64,000 nt of DNA, from NCBI GenBank assembly GCA_964291415.2, contig OZ219920.1, positions 1,120,001 through 1,184,000 on the forward strand. The letters run 5' to 3'. This DNA is from Alphaproteobacteria bacterium (GTDB lineage: Bacteria; Pseudomonadota; Alphaproteobacteria; SP197). The notes beneath the pieces are model-generated. The model was given only the letters and a program-made list of their open reading frames with translations, had not been told where the DNA came from and ran no database searches. Made by a program: the position numbers and the translations under genes. How positions within the stretch are numbered: the first letter of the stretch is position 1; each line of letters starts with the position of its first letter. Positions 22,802-34,181 of this stretch are shown here, in pieces.

Positions 22802-24438
22802 CGCATCCTCTGCATTTCCTGCCCCTGGGCGGTTCCGGCGAAATCGGCATGAATCTCAATCTCTACGAGTATGGCGGCTCGTGGCTGATGTGTGATCTTG
22901 GCGTGACGTTCGCCGGCGAGGAGCTTCCCGGCATCGATCTGGTGATGCCCGACATCTCCTACATCGTGGAGCGCCGCCAGCATCTCCTCGGTCTCGTCCT
23001 CACGCACGCTCACGAGGATCACATGGGGGCGGTGCCCTACCTGTGGCCCCTTCTGGAATGCCCGGTCTACGCCACGCCCTTTACCGCCGCGCTGCTCGCC
23101 GAGAAACTTCATGAGGGAGCGGACGGCATCCATGAGATGGACATCCACGTCATCGATCCGGAAAGCACGCTGAAGCTTGGTCCCTTTTCCGTTGCCCTCC
23201 ACGGCCTCACACACTCGATTCCCGAGCCCAATGCTCTCGTTCTCGACACGCCGGCCGGTCGCATCATGCACACCGGCGACTGGAAGCTCGACCCGGAGCC
23301 ACTGATCTCGGATCCGGTGGACGAGGAGGCGATCAGGAAAAGCGGTGATTCCGGCATCCTTGCCATGGTGTGCGACTCCACCAATGTTTTTCGCCCCGGT
23401 ACCTCCGGTTCGGAAGCCGACGTGCGGTGCAGTCTCATCGAGGAAGTCGCCGGACGACACGGCCGTGTCGCCATCACCACCTTTGCCAGCAACCTGACCC
23501 GTCTGCTTTCCATCCACCAGGCGGCCGAGGCCAATGGCCGCAGGTGCGTCGCGCTGGGTCGTTCAATGTGGCGCATCATCAAGTGTGCCCGGCAGACGGG
23601 CTACCTGCCGCCTGACACCCAATTCATGTCTGACAGGGACGCCCGCCACCTTGCTCCTGACAAGGTGCTCTACATGCTGACCGGCAGTCAGGGAGAGCCC
23701 AACGCCGCGTTGTCACGGATCGCCGCAGGCAATCATCAGACGGTGACACTGGAGGCCGGTGACCACGTCATCTTTTCCTCGAAGATCATCCCGGGCAACG
23801 AGCGGGCAATCTTCGATCTCATCAACCGGCTGACACAACTTGGAATCGAGACCGTCACGGAGGATGAACGGTTTGTCCATGTTTCCGGTCATCCCAACCG
23901 CGAAGAACTGGCGCGCATGTACGCTCTCGTGCGGCCACGGTATGCCATTCCGGTTCATGGCGAGATCCGTCATCTCAAGGAGCACGCCACCCTGGCCGAG
24001 TCCCTTGGTGTCGAACCGGTGAGGGGAGTGGCGAACGGGTCCCTGGTCCGGCTGGCGCCCGGCACCCCCTCGGTTGTCCGCACGGTGCCCCACGGCAGGG
24101 TTGCCTGGAACGGGCGGCGTGCCGTTCCCGTCGACGGACCCCTGATCCGCGAACGGCGTGATGCCATGGCATGTGGCGTCGTGATCATCACTTTGGTGGT
24201 GGATCACGAGGGGGATCTCGCCGCCGACCCGCACGTGGCGCTCATCGGTCTGGGCGAGGAACCCGATGTCGCCCTTTCGATTGCCGATGATGCGGTTGAC
24301 ACCTTCGAGGATCTTCGGCCGCACGAAAGGATGATGGACGAAGGCATCATGCGGGCACTAAGGCGTATTCCCCGCCGCTGGCTTGGCGGAACGCGAGCAC
24401 GGCGCCCGATGACACGGATCGCCATCATCAGAATCTGA
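22798..24438 (+). CDS. rnj: Ribonuclease J
   Basis: PLGGSGEIGMN, THAHEDHMG, HTGDWK, HVSGH, PVHGE. Confidence 0.95.
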   Translation: MTHPLHFLPLGGSGEIGMNLNLYEYGGSWLMCDLGVTFAGEELPGIDLVMPDISYIVERRQHLLGLVLTHAHEDHMGAVPYLWPLLECPVYATPFTAALLAEKLHEGADGIHEMDIHVIDPESTLKLGPFSVALHGLTHSIPEPNALVLDTPAGRIMHTGDWKLDPEPLISDPVDEEAIRKSGDSGILAMVCDSTNVFRPGTSGSEADVRCSLIEEVAGRHGRVAITTFASNLTRLLSIHQAAEANGRRCVALGRSMWRIIKCARQTGYLPPDTQFMSDRDARHLAPDKVLYMLTGSQGEPNAALSRIAAGNHQTVTLEAGDHVIFSSKIIPGNERAIFDLINRLTQLGIETVTEDERFVHVSGHPNREELARMYALVRPRYAIPVHGEIRHLKEHATLAESLGVEPVRGVANGSLVRLAPGTPSVVRTVPHGRVAWNGRRAVPVDGPLIRERRDAMACGVVIITLVVDHEGDLAADPHVALIGLGEEPDVALSIADDAVDTFEDLRPHERMMDEGIMRALRRIPRRWLGGTRARRPMTRIAIIRI

Positions 24439-24473
24439 AACCCCCGCCACAGCCAGCGAAAGGAAGGAGTCAG

Positions 24474-24878
24474 ATGATCGGCAGACTGAACCATGTTGCC
24501 ATCGCCGTGCCTGATCTTGCCGCCGCCAGTGCCCTCTATCGCGAGACGCTCGCAGCGACGGTATCGGAGCCGGTCGACCAGCCCGACCACGGAGTCACGA
24601 CTGTCTTCGTCGATCTTCCCAACACCAGGATAGAGTTGCTCGGTGTTCTGGGCGATCAATCGCCGATAGCGGCCTTCCTGGACCGCCATCCGGCAGGGGG
24701 CATGCATCATGTCTGCTACGAGGTCGATGATATTCGTGCCGCCCGGGATCGCATTGTCTCCGCGGGAGGGCGCATCATCGGCAACGGCGAACCCAGGATC
24801 GGCGCCCATGGAAAGCCGGTACTGTTCCTCCATCCCAGGGACTTCTGTGGCACTCTCATCGAACTGGAAGAAGCCTGA
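24474..24878 (+). CDS. mce: Methylmalonyl-CoA epimerase
   Basis: MIGRLNHVAIAVPDL, GGMHHVCYEV, FLHPRDFCGTLIELEE; strong SD. Confidence 0.93.
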   Translation: MIGRLNHVAIAVPDLAAASALYRETLAATVSEPVDQPDHGVTTVFVDLPNTRIELLGVLGDQSPIAAFLDRHPAGGMHHVCYEVDDIRAARDRIVSAGGRIIGNGEPRIGAHGKPVLFLHPRDFCGTLIELEEA

Positions 24879-24939
24879 TCGTCACGCGAGTGCGCGACGG
24901 GGAATGCCAGGCAAAGACGAAGGGGAGGTGATATGAATC

Positions 24940-25194
24940 ATGTCGCTCTTCGGGCTGATTGTGGTTTTCGTGTGTGTGTGGTGGGTGGTGTTCTTTGCCG
25001 CCCTGCCCATCGGCGTCCGCCGCCAGAAACGGGTGGCCGAAGGACACGATCCCGGGGCACCCGCTGAACCCATGTTGTTGAAGAAGGTGCTATGGACAAC
25101 GGTTGCCAGCAGCGTTCTCGTTGGTGCCGTGGTCCTTTTCGAGGCGGCTGATATCACAGATTTCGGCGCCTGGTTCATCGGATTGCCGTCATGA
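24940..25194 (+). CDS. DUF1467 family small membrane protein
   Basis: WWVVFFAALPIGVR and GHDPGAP; usual position after mce. Confidence 0.8.
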   Translation: MSLFGLIVVFVCVWWVVFFAALPIGVRRQKRVAEGHDPGAPAEPMLLKKVLWTTVASSVLVGAVVLFEAADITDFGAWFIGLPS

Positions 25195-25754
25195 CCGACA
25201 GCTACTGTGTCCTTGCTCCGAACGATCCCGTGCACCGCTCATATCATGACAGCGAGTACGGGTTTCCGATCAGGGGAGACAACGAACTCTTCGAGAGACT
25301 AGTTCTCGAGATCAACCAGGCCGGGCTTTCCTGGGCGCTCATTCTGAAGAAACGTGCGGCATTCGTTCGGGCCTTCGACGGATTCGACATCGATGCCGTC
25401 GCCGCCTACACGCAAGGCGACATCGACCGGCTGATGGGCGATAGCGGAATCATCCGAAACCGACGCAAGATCGAGGCCGCCATCGCCAATGCGCAACGAC
25501 TCGTGGACCTGCGGGCGCTCCATGGCGGATTTCATGGATGGCTGGAGGCGTACCATCCTCTCGACCACGCCGCCTGGACCCGGCTCTTCAGGCAAACATT
25601 CGTTTTCACCGGCCCCCTTGTCGTCGAGGAGTTCCTGATGTCGACGGGCTGGCTTCCCGGCGCTCACAGCGACGACTGCCCGGTTCAGGCAAGGATCATC
25701 AAGGCACGCCCCGCCTGGCTCGATTGCCATGACAAGAGGGCGCCGGATGGCTAG
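25191..25754 (+). CDS. tag: DNA-3-methyladenine glycosylase I
   Basis: YHDSEYG, LFERLVLEINQAGLSW, IIRNRRKI, C-terminal HxxxC Zn ligands. Confidence 0.9.
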   Translation: MTDSYCVLAPNDPVHRSYHDSEYGFPIRGDNELFERLVLEINQAGLSWALILKKRAAFVRAFDGFDIDAVAAYTQGDIDRLMGDSGIIRNRRKIEAAIANAQRLVDLRALHGGFHGWLEAYHPLDHAAWTRLFRQTFVFTGPLVVEEFLMSTGWLPGAHSDDCPVQARIIKARPAWLDCHDKRAPDG

Positions 25755-25785
25755 AGTGACGACTTCCCGGAACCCCGGTTGACTC

Positions 25786-27108
25786 ATGCGTCTGACCCGC
25801 TACTTCCTGCCGACGCTCAAGGAAACTCCTGCCGAGGCACAGATTGCCTCGCATCGGCTGATGCTGCGTGCCGGCATGGTCCGTCAGGCTGGCGCCGGCA
25901 TCTATTCCTGGCTTCCGCTGGGCTTCCGTGTCCTCAAGCGCATTGAAACCATCGTGCACGACGAAATGCAAAAGGCCGGCGCCCATGCCGTCCTCATGCC
26001 CACCATGCAGCTGGCCGACCTGTGGCGCGAGAGCGGGCGCTACGATGCCTACGGGCCGGAGATGTTGCGGATTCGGGACCGCCACGGTCGCGACATGCTC
26101 TTTGGCCCGACCAATGAGGAACAGATCACCCAGATCGTGCGTGACGACATCCAGAGTTACCGCGACCTGCCGCGAAACCTCTATCACATCCAGTGGAAGT
26201 TCCGGGACGAGATCCGTCCGCGCTTCGGGGTCATGCGCGGGCGCGAGTTCCTCATGAAGGATGCCTATTCGTTCGATCTCGATTTCGAATCCGCAAGGCG
26301 TTCCTACAACACCATGTTCGTCGCCTATCTGAGAACCTATGCGCGCATGGGCTTGAGGGCCATTCCCCTGCGGGCCGAGTCCGGCCCCATCGGCGGCGAC
26401 CTCTCGCACGAGTTCGTTATCCTCGCGGCCACCGGCGAAACCAGGGTCCACGCTGACAAGCGCCTGCTCGACATGGATGCCACCTGTTCCGGCATCGACT
26501 ATGACAGCGATCTTGAACCCGTCGTCAGGGCATGGACATCGCTCTATGCCGCGAGCGACGACAAGCATGACCCGGAAACCGCGCCGGTTTCCGGATCAGA
26601 CCTGCTTGTTGCACGCGGTATCGAGGTCGGCCACATCTTCTACTTCGGCACCAAATATTCCGAAGCCATGGGGGCCAGCGTGGCGATGCCGGATGGGGAG
26701 CGGCGGTTGCTGCATGGCGGCTCCTATGGCATCGGGGTCTCGCGCCTTGCCGGCGCCATCATCGAGGCCTGTCATGACGACGCCGGGATCATCTGGCCGG
26801 CTAGTGTCGCTCCCTTCGATGCCGGTATCGTCAATCTCAAGGCCGGCGATCCGCTCTGTGATTCCATGGCGACGACTGTAGAGGAGCGTCTCGATTCCGC
26901 CGGTTTCGAAGTGCTCCACGATGATCGCGACGAGAGGGCAGGGGTGAAGTTCTCCGACATGGATCTCATCGGCCTTCCCTGGCAGATCATCATCGGTCCA
27001 CGTGGAGCCGCGTCTTCAAGGGTGGAACTCAAGCGCCGCGTCGACGGCGAGCGTCTGGATCTGTCGATGGACGATGCCGTCTCTCGCATTCTCGAATCGT
27101 ACACGTGA
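25786..27108 (+). CDS. proS: Proline--tRNA ligase (short alphaproteobacterial type, no editing insert)
   Basis: [42 protein letters not shown]. Confidence 0.97.
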   Translation: MRLTRYFLPTLKETPAEAQIASHRLMLRAGMVRQAGAGIYSWLPLGFRVLKRIETIVHDEMQKAGAHAVLMPTMQLADLWRESGRYDAYGPEMLRIRDRHGRDMLFGPTNEEQITQIVRDDIQSYRDLPRNLYHIQWKFRDEIRPRFGVMRGREFLMKDAYSFDLDFESARRSYNTMFVAYLRTYARMGLRAIPLRAESGPIGGDLSHEFVILAATGETRVHADKRLLDMDATCSGIDYDSDLEPVVRAWTSLYAASDDKHDPETAPVSGSDLLVARGIEVGHIFYFGTKYSEAMGASVAMPDGERRLLHGGSYGIGVSRLAGAIIEACHDDAGIIWPASVAPFDAGIVNLKAGDPLCDSMATTVEERLDSAGFEVLHDDRDERAGVKFSDMDLIGLPWQIIIGPRGAASSRVELKRRVDGERLDLSMDDAVSRILESYT

Positions 27109-28353
27109 TCGGTACATTCGAACGGACGGTAGCCCTGCGCTACCTGAAATCCCGACGCCAGGAAGGGTTCATCTCGGTCACCGCCGGGTTTTCCCTTGTG
27201 GGCATCTGCCTGGGGGTCGGCGCTCTCATCATCGTCATGTCGGTGATGAACGGTTTTCGCCATGAACTCATTACCCAGATCCTCGGATTCAAGGGCCACG
27301 TCACCATTGTTGCGCCTGCCGACGGATTTGCAGGTTATGGCGAACTTGCGAGCGATGTGGCGGCGCTCCCTGACGTCACCCTTGCCGCGCCGGTGATCGA
27401 AGGCCAGGTTCTCGCATCATCGCGTCATGCCCACGCCGGCGTGATCGTTCGCGGACTGACGGCCGATGATCTTGCCGCCAAGCCGCTGATCGCTGACAAC
27501 ATGGTGGCCGGTACACTTGATCGTCTGAAGGGCCATCCCGGCATCATTGCCGGTTCCAGGCTGATGCGCCGCCTTGGCCTGAGGCTCGGCGATTCGATGA
27601 CGCTTCTCTCGCCGCGTGGCCTGCCTACAGCTCTTGGAACCATGCCGAGGTCGGTTTCGTGGCCGGTGGTGGGCGTCTTCGAGGTCGGCATGTACGAGTT
27701 CGATTCCAGCGTTGTCTTCGTGCCGTTCGACATGGCGCAGACCTATTTCCGTTTGGCAGACCGCGCGACGGAAATCGAGGTCATGATCACGCGTCCGGAA
27801 CATCCGGCTGCCACGGCGGCTGGAATTCGCCAAATCGTGGCCGATGCCGGTCCGCCGGGGGTTGTGGTCGTGGACTGGCAACAAACCAACCGACACCTCT
27901 ATGCCGCCCTTCAGGTGGAACGCGATGTCATGTTCCTCATCCTGACGCTTATCGTTCTGGTCGCCGCCTTCAACATCATCTCCTCTCTCATTCTCCTCGT
28001 GAAGGACAAGAACGGCGATATCGCGATCATGCGCACCATGGGTGCGACACGCGGCAGCGTCATGCGCATCTTTCTCCTGACCGGTTCGGCCATCGGCATT
28101 GCCGGGACCCTTGCCGGCGCGGTTATCGGTGTCCTGTTCTGTCTTCACATCGAGGAGATCCGCCAACTGATCCAGACGCTCATCGGACTCGAGCTGTTTC
28201 CCGCCGAAGTCTATTTCCTGTCCCGTCTGCCGGCGAAGCTTGATTGGCAGGAAGTCGCGACCATCTCCCTCATGGCGCTGGGTCTTGCCTTTCTCGCCTC
28301 CCTCTACCCCGCCTGGCGGGCTGCACGTATCGAACCCGCCGATGCCCTGCGCT

Positions 28354-28361
<8 letters not shown>
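27105..28361 (+). CDS. lolE: Lipoprotein-releasing ABC transporter permease LolC/E
   Basis: [43 protein letters not shown]. Confidence 0.92.
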
Positions 28362-29028
<667 letters not shown>

Positions 29029-29457
29029 GACGCGCCACCATTCAACCGGCTGTCACGCGTGCGGTGGTCGTTTCCGCGCCCGACTCCCTGGACGCAAGAA
29101 AGTGGAGCCTGGTCGTTGGCCGGTCTTGGCGCTCTGCGGCGGGCGAAACGTAATTCAAGTGCACAAGCGCCCGACTTGCCGTGTCGGCGAGTACTCCCGA
29201 CCAGATCGAGAGCAGCCATGTTGTCGTGTCACGTACGTCGTCCGAGGGGTTCGGGGTTGGTGCGCCGTGGCAGTTGAGCGGTGATGGTGCAGTCGCCCGG
29301 AATCCGACGAATGTCAGCGCTCTGACTGACCCGGACTGAACGTGCGAGGGCATTTCTGTCCCCAAACTGTCGCACTCTTGCCGATCGCCAGGTGCCTTGA
29401 TCGCGCCGTCCGTTTCGGGCGGTGGACCATCCACAGGCCGAGGTGGGAGAGTGCGTC

Positions 29458-32400
29458 ATGACCGGTTTTGTTCACCTGCGTGTTCATACGCCATTCTCCC
29501 TCCTAGAGGGAGCGGTGAAGATTCCGGAGCTCATCGAGCTTTGTCTTGCCAATGACATGCCGGCCATGGCCATCACCGACACCGGAAACATGTTCGGTGC
29601 GCTGGAGTTCGCATCGGCATGCTCGGCAAACGGAATCCAGCCGATCATCGGGACCTTGCTTGCCATCCGTCACGACGAGGAGGAGAGGCTGCGTGATCCC
29701 GATTGCGCCGAACGCCTGGTTCTGCTTGCCCGGGACAGCGGGGGATACGCCAATCTCCTCGACTTGATGAGCGAAGCCTGTCTGACAACGGGTTCAGGCG
29801 ATATCCCTTCGCTTCTTCTCGATGATCTTGCCGGTCGCTGCGAAGGCCTGATCTGCCTTACCGGCGGGGCCTCGGGTCCTCTTGGCCAGCTGGTCCTTTC
29901 CGGAGCCATGGAGCAGGCACGTCTGCACCTCGAGCGCCTGCGTGACCTCTTCGGGGACTGCCTCTATGTCGAGATCCAGCGGCATGGCCTCGAGGCGGAG
30001 GATGCAAGCGAGGCAGGAATGCTCGACCTCGCCTACGATCTCGATGTTCCGCTGGTGGCCACCAACGACGTCATGTTTGCCGACGAAACCATGCACGAGG
30101 CCCATGACGTGCTGATGTGCATCGCCGGCGGCGCCACCATTGACCGGCGCGACAGGCGCCGTGTCACCCCGCATCACGGGTTTGCCAGTCCTGAGACCAT
30201 GGCGGCACGCTTCGCGGACCTTCCCGAGGCCATTGCCAACACGCTTACGATCGCCCGGCGCTGTGCCGTCACCTCTCCGATACGGACTCCCATCCTGCCT
30301 CCCTTTCCGGTTGCCGGGGGATGGGGCGAGGACGACGAACTTCGCCGCCAGGCGCGGGAAGGGCTGGAACAGCGCCTTCGCCGGCTTCCCGACACACGTG
30401 ACACCGGACCCTATCGGGAACGCCTCGAGTTCGAACTTGACGTGATCGTCAAGATGGGGTTCGCCGGTTACTTCCTGATCGTTGCCGAGTTCATCCAGTG
30501 GGCGAAGGGCGAGGACATTCCCGTTGGCCCGGGCCGCGGATCGGGCGCCAGTTCCGTGGTGGCGTGGTCCCTCACCATCACGGATCTCGATCCCATCCAG
30601 TTCGGTCTCCTTTTCGAGCGCTTCCTCAATCCGGACAGGGTGTCGATGCCCGACTTTGACATCGACTTCTGTCAGGACCGCCGTGATGAAGTGATCGCCC
30701 ACGTCCAGGACCGCTACGGCGCCGACAGGGTGGCTCAGATCATCACCTTCGGCACCCTTCAGGCACGTGCCGTGGTGCGTGATGTCGGGCGCGTGCTGCA
30801 GATGCCCTACCATCGTGTGGACAGGCTGGCGAAGCTCATCCCCTACAACCCGGCTCACCCGGTCAACCTGCAGACGGCCATTGACAATGAGCCGGCGCTC
30901 AGGGATGCCATGGCGGACGACGCGGTCAGGCGGCTGATCGAGACCGCACTCCGGCTCGAAGGTCTCTACCGCCATGCCAGCACGCATGCCGCCGGAGTCG
31001 TCATTGGCGATCGCCCGCTGCGTCAGCTGATCCCGCTCTATCGCGATCCGCGTTCGGAGTTTCCGGTGTCGCAGTTCCACATGAAGGACGTGGACAAGGC
31101 CGGTCTCGTCAAGTTCGACTTTCTTGGTCTGAAGACCCTGACGGTACTCAAACGCGCCCGCACCCTGCTGGCACGACGAGGCACCACCGTCGACCTCGAC
31201 AACCTGCCGCTCGACGACGCCGACACCTTTGCCATGCTGACCAGGGCGGAGACCATCGGGGTCTTCCAGCTCGAGGGGCAGGGCATGCGCGACGCCCTGA
31301 GCCATCTCAAGCCCGATTCCATCGAGGACATCATCGCCCTGGTATCGCTCTACCGTCCCGGACCCATGGACAACATTCCGCAGTTCTGCAATCGCAAGCA
31401 TGGTCACGAGGAGGTCGACTACCTTCACCCATCGCTTGAGGAGGTGCTGAGCGAAACCTACGGCGTCATCATCTATCAGGAACAGGTGATGCAGATCGCC
31501 AGGATTCTGGCTGGATACAGTCTCGCCGAAGCGGACCTGCTGCGAAGGGCCATGGGCAAGAAGATCAAGGAGGAAATGGCAGCCCAACGCGACCGCTTTG
31601 TTTCCGGCGCCACCGACCGCGGTGTCGAAGAGAGGCGAGCCACTGAGATTTTCAATCTGGTGGACAAGTTCGCCGGGTACGGATTCAACAAGAGCCATGC
31701 AGCGGCGTACGCCATCGTGGCCTATCAGACTGCCTGGCTGAAGGCGCATCATCCCGTCGAGTTTCTGGCCGCGTCGATGACCCTCGACATGGGAAACACC
31801 GACAGGCTCGATCACTTTAGACAGGAACTCGTCCGTCTCGGGATTCCCCTGTTGCCACCGGACATCAACCGTTCGGATGTCACGTTCACCGTGGAGGAGA
31901 TTGGAGGAGGCAAGGCGGCGGTACGCTATGCGCTTGCCGCGATCCGGAACGTTGGCGAAGGAGCGATGAGCGCCCTCGTCGCCGAACGCGATGCCAACGG
32001 CGCCTTTTCAGGCCTCTTCGAGTTCGCCTCGAGACTCGATACTCGCGTTGTCAAGAAGCGACAACTGGAAATGCTCGCCTGTGCCGGTGCCTTCGACTGC
32101 ATCGACGATAGCCGGGCCCGGGTCGTCGCCAACATCAACCGTCTTGTGCAGTTCAATGCAAGCATTGTCGCAGAACGCGAAAGCAGGCAGCAGAACCTGT
32201 TCGGTGACGACGGCGACGCCCGTGACCCCGAACTCGTCGATGCCCTGCCGTGGACACCGGCGGACGCCCTCAAGGCCGAAGCTGAAGCAATCGGGTTTTA
32301 TCTGTCGGCCCATCCACTGGAAGCCTACGACGGCGAACTGGTCAGGCTGGGTGTCATGACGCACGCAGACGCCCTCGACGTCGCCCGTGAACACGACACC

Positions 32401-32883
32401 GGGCCGTTCCGGCTCGCCGGTGTCCCGGTTGCCAGACGCGAGAGGACGAGCGCCAGGGGCAACCGCTATGCCTTTCTGGAACTCTCGGACCGTTCCGGAC
32501 ATTACGAGATCGTCATCTTTTCCGATACGCTCGATGCCTGCGCCGGCAAACTCGAGGGTCCAGGACCCTTCTTTCTCGAAGTCGATGGTCGTGTGGATGG
32601 TGAGAGTGTGCGCTTCTCGGCGCGCCGCATCGCAAGTCTCGACGAAATGGTATCGAAGTCGCTCAGGGCCTTTGTCCTTCATATCGATGCAAGCGAATCA
32701 CTCGTCGGCCTGCAGCAGGTTCTTGACAGCGCCGAACCTGGACAGGGGCGCATCACGCTTTCCTATGCCGCCCTGAGTGGCAAGGTGGTGGACATTGTCC
32801 TGCCAAGGCGGTTTTGCCTTTCACCTGGTCTGAAGGCCCAGATCGAGGCCTTGCCGGGACTCCGCTCGGTGGAGGCTGCCTGA
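29458..32883 (+). CDS. dnaE: DNA polymerase III alpha subunit
   Basis: FVHLRVH PHP domain, GPGRGS, MPDFDIDF, YGFNKSH; GGGAGAG SD before ATG 29458. Confidence 0.98.
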   Translation: MTGFVHLRVHTPFSLLEGAVKIPELIELCLANDMPAMAITDTGNMFGALEFASACSANGIQPIIGTLLAIRHDEEERLRDPDCAERLVLLARDSGGYANLLDLMSEACLTTGSGDIPSLLLDDLAGRCEGLICLTGGASGPLGQLVLSGAMEQARLHLERLRDLFGDCLYVEIQRHGLEAEDASEAGMLDLAYDLDVPLVATNDVMFADETMHEAHDVLMCIAGGATIDRRDRRRVTPHHGFASPETMAARFADLPEAIANTLTIARRCAVTSPIRTPILPPFPVAGGWGEDDELRRQAREGLEQRLRRLPDTRDTGPYRERLEFELDVIVKMGFAGYFLIVAEFIQWAKGEDIPVGPGRGSGASSVVAWSLTITDLDPIQFGLLFERFLNPDRVSMPDFDIDFCQDRRDEVIAHVQDRYGADRVAQIITFGTLQARAVVRDVGRVLQMPYHRVDRLAKLIPYNPAHPVNLQTAIDNEPALRDAMADDAVRRLIETALRLEGLYRHASTHAAGVVIGDRPLRQLIPLYRDPRSEFPVSQFHMKDVDKAGLVKFDFLGLKTLTVLKRARTLLARRGTTVDLDNLPLDDADTFAMLTRAETIGVFQLEGQGMRDALSHLKPDSIEDIIALVSLYRPGPMDNIPQFCNRKHGHEEVDYLHPSLEEVLSETYGVIIYQEQVMQIARILAGYSLAEADLLRRAMGKKIKEEMAAQRDRFVSGATDRGVEERRATEIFNLVDKFAGYGFNKSHAAAYAIVAYQTAWLKAHHPVEFLAASMTLDMGNTDRLDHFRQELVRLGIPLLPPDINRSDVTFTVEEIGGGKAAVRYALAAIRNVGEGAMSALVAERDANGAFSGLFEFASRLDTRVVKKRQLEMLACAGAFDCIDDSRARVVANINRLVQFNASIVAERESRQQNLFGDDGDARDPELVDALPWTPADALKAEAEAIGFYLSAHPLEAYDGELVRLGVMTHADALDVAREHDTGPFRLAGVPVARRERTSARGNRYAFLELSDRSGHYEIVIFSDTLDACAGKLEGPGPFFLEVDGRVDGESVRFSARRIASLDEMVSKSLRAFVLHIDASESLVGLQQVLDSAEPGQGRITLSYAALSGKVVDIVLPRRFCLSPGLKAQIEALPGLRSVEAA

Positions 32884-32886
32884 AGC

Positions 32887-32915
32887 TTGATGTCGGGATG
32901 GTGACGGTCTAAATA
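32887..32915 (+). promoter_or_regulatory. Putative sigma70 promoter for rpsB
   Basis: TTGATG-N17-TAAATA directly upstream of the structured rpsB leader. Confidence 0.5.
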
Positions 32916-32934
32916 CCGCCCATTGATCCAACTC

Positions 32935-33005
32935 GCACGCGGACCAGATCTTTCCGGTGCCGGCCCGTCCGGTCCCGGTCCGCGGAGGCAGAACCGGAAG
33001 AGGAG
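32935..33005 (+). ncRNA. rpsB 5' leader (S2 autoregulatory, t44-like cis element)
   Basis: CGCGGACC (32938-45) pairs with GGTCCGCG (32977-84), and TTCCGGT (32952-58) pairs with ACCGGAA (32993-99) next to the SD; lies upstream of rpsB. Confidence 0.65.
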
Positions 33006-33014
33006 TGAGATGCC

Positions 33015-34181
33015 ATGACAATGCCGCAATTCACCATGCGCCAGCTGCTGGAAGCCGGTGTTCACTTCGGACATCAGGCAAGGCGCTGGAATCCAAAGAT
33101 GAAGCCCTACATCTTCGGAGAGCGTAACGATGTTCACATCATTGACCTCCAGCAAACGGTACCGATGCTGCGGCATGCGCTGCAGAGAGTTCGTGATGTC
33201 GTCGCCAGAGGAGGCAGGGTGTTGTTTGTCGGCACCAAGCGCCAGGCACAGGAGGCCATTGCCGAGGCGGCCGAACGTTGCGGCCAGTACCACGTCAACC
33301 ACCGCTGGCTTGGCGGAATGCTGACCAACTGGAAGACCGTATCGAACTCCATCAGGAGGCTGCGCGACCTTGAAGAACGACTCGGCGAGGACATCACCGG
33401 CCTCACCAAGAAGGAAGTCCTGCGCATGACCCGGGAGCGCGACAAGCTTGAACGCGCGCTCGGAGGCATCAAGGACATGGCGGGACTTCCCGATATCCTT
33501 GTCGTGATCGACACCAACAAGGAAGACATTGCCATCTCCGAGGCGCGCAAGCTCAACATTCCCATCGTTGCCGTTATCGACAGCAACTGCGATCCCGATG
33601 TGGTCGATCTGGTCGTTCCCGGCAATGACGATGCCATACGCGCGATCACGCTTTACTGTGACCTGTTCGCCCGTGCTGTTCTCGACGGAATTGAAGCCGA
33701 GTTGGCGGCATCCGGTGAGGATCTTGGTGCCCGTGCCACGGTCGAAGAGCCTGCGATCGATGCGGAGGCGACCGGGAAGAACCCGGACGACGATGTGAAA
33801 CCCAATGGTCAGGAACCGCGGGGCGAAGCGCCGGAGGCACCGGATACACAGGAAACATCGTCCCAGGGGCAAGCGCCTGCGATCGATGCGGAGACGACCG
33901 GGGAGAACCCGGACGACGATGTGAAACCCAATGGTCAGGAACCGCGGGGCGAAGCGCCGGAGGCACCGGATACACAGGAAACATCGTCCCAGGGGCAAGC
34001 GCCTGCGATCGATGCGGAGACGACCGGGGAGAACCCGGACGACGATGTGAAACCCAATGGTGAGGAACCGCAGGCCGAAGCGCCGGAGGTGCCGGATACA
34101 AAGGAAACATCGTCACAGGGCCAAGCGCCTGATCAGGCCCAACCAGAAGAGGCAACAGGACTGCCGAGGACCGAACAATGA
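33015..34181 (+). CDS. rpsB: 30S ribosomal protein S2 with a long acidic repeat tail
   Basis: [30 protein letters not shown]; about 150 extra C-terminal residues. Confidence 0.98.
   Translation: MTMPQFTMRQLLEAGVHFGHQARRWNPKMKPYIFGERNDVHIIDLQQTVPMLRHALQRVRDVVARGGRVLFVGTKRQAQEAIAEAAERCGQYHVNHRWLGGMLTNWKTVSNSIRRLRDLEERLGEDITGLTKKEVLRMTRERDKLERALGGIKDMAGLPDILVVIDTNKEDIAISEARKLNIPIVAVIDSNCDPDVVDLVVPGNDDAIRAITLYCDLFARAVLDGIEAELAASGEDLGARATVEEPAIDAEATGKNPDDDVKPNGQEPRGEAPEAPDTQETSSQGQAPAIDAETTGENPDDDVKPNGQEPRGEAPEAPDTQETSSQGQAPAIDAETTGENPDDDVKPNGEEPQAEAPEVPDTKETSSQGQAPDQAQPEEATGLPRTEQ
33749..34131 (+). repeat. In-frame tandem repeat, 3 x 126 bp (42 aa), in rpsB
   Basis: Units begin GCCTGCGATC at 33749, 33875 and 34001; a partial GCCTG follows at 34127. 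Confidence 0.98.

Noticed and set aside
29039-29354. Second MITE bounded by CATT (29039-42 and 29351-54)
   Set aside because: The sequences inside the two CATT sites are not inverted repeats, and a 4-mer match is expected by chance
29042-29459. Small ORFs in the lolD-dnaE spacer (130, 72 and 76 aa)
   Set aside because: They overlap one another on both strands, have no recognisable domain and no convincing SD; one overlaps the dnaE start region
29458-32883. Intein or split in dnaE
   Set aside because: Length (about 1141 aa) is normal, with no intein splice motifs or unexplained insert
33749-34131. Possible CRISPR array
   Set aside because: Units are contiguous 126-bp in-frame copies with no unique spacers, and there are no cas genes
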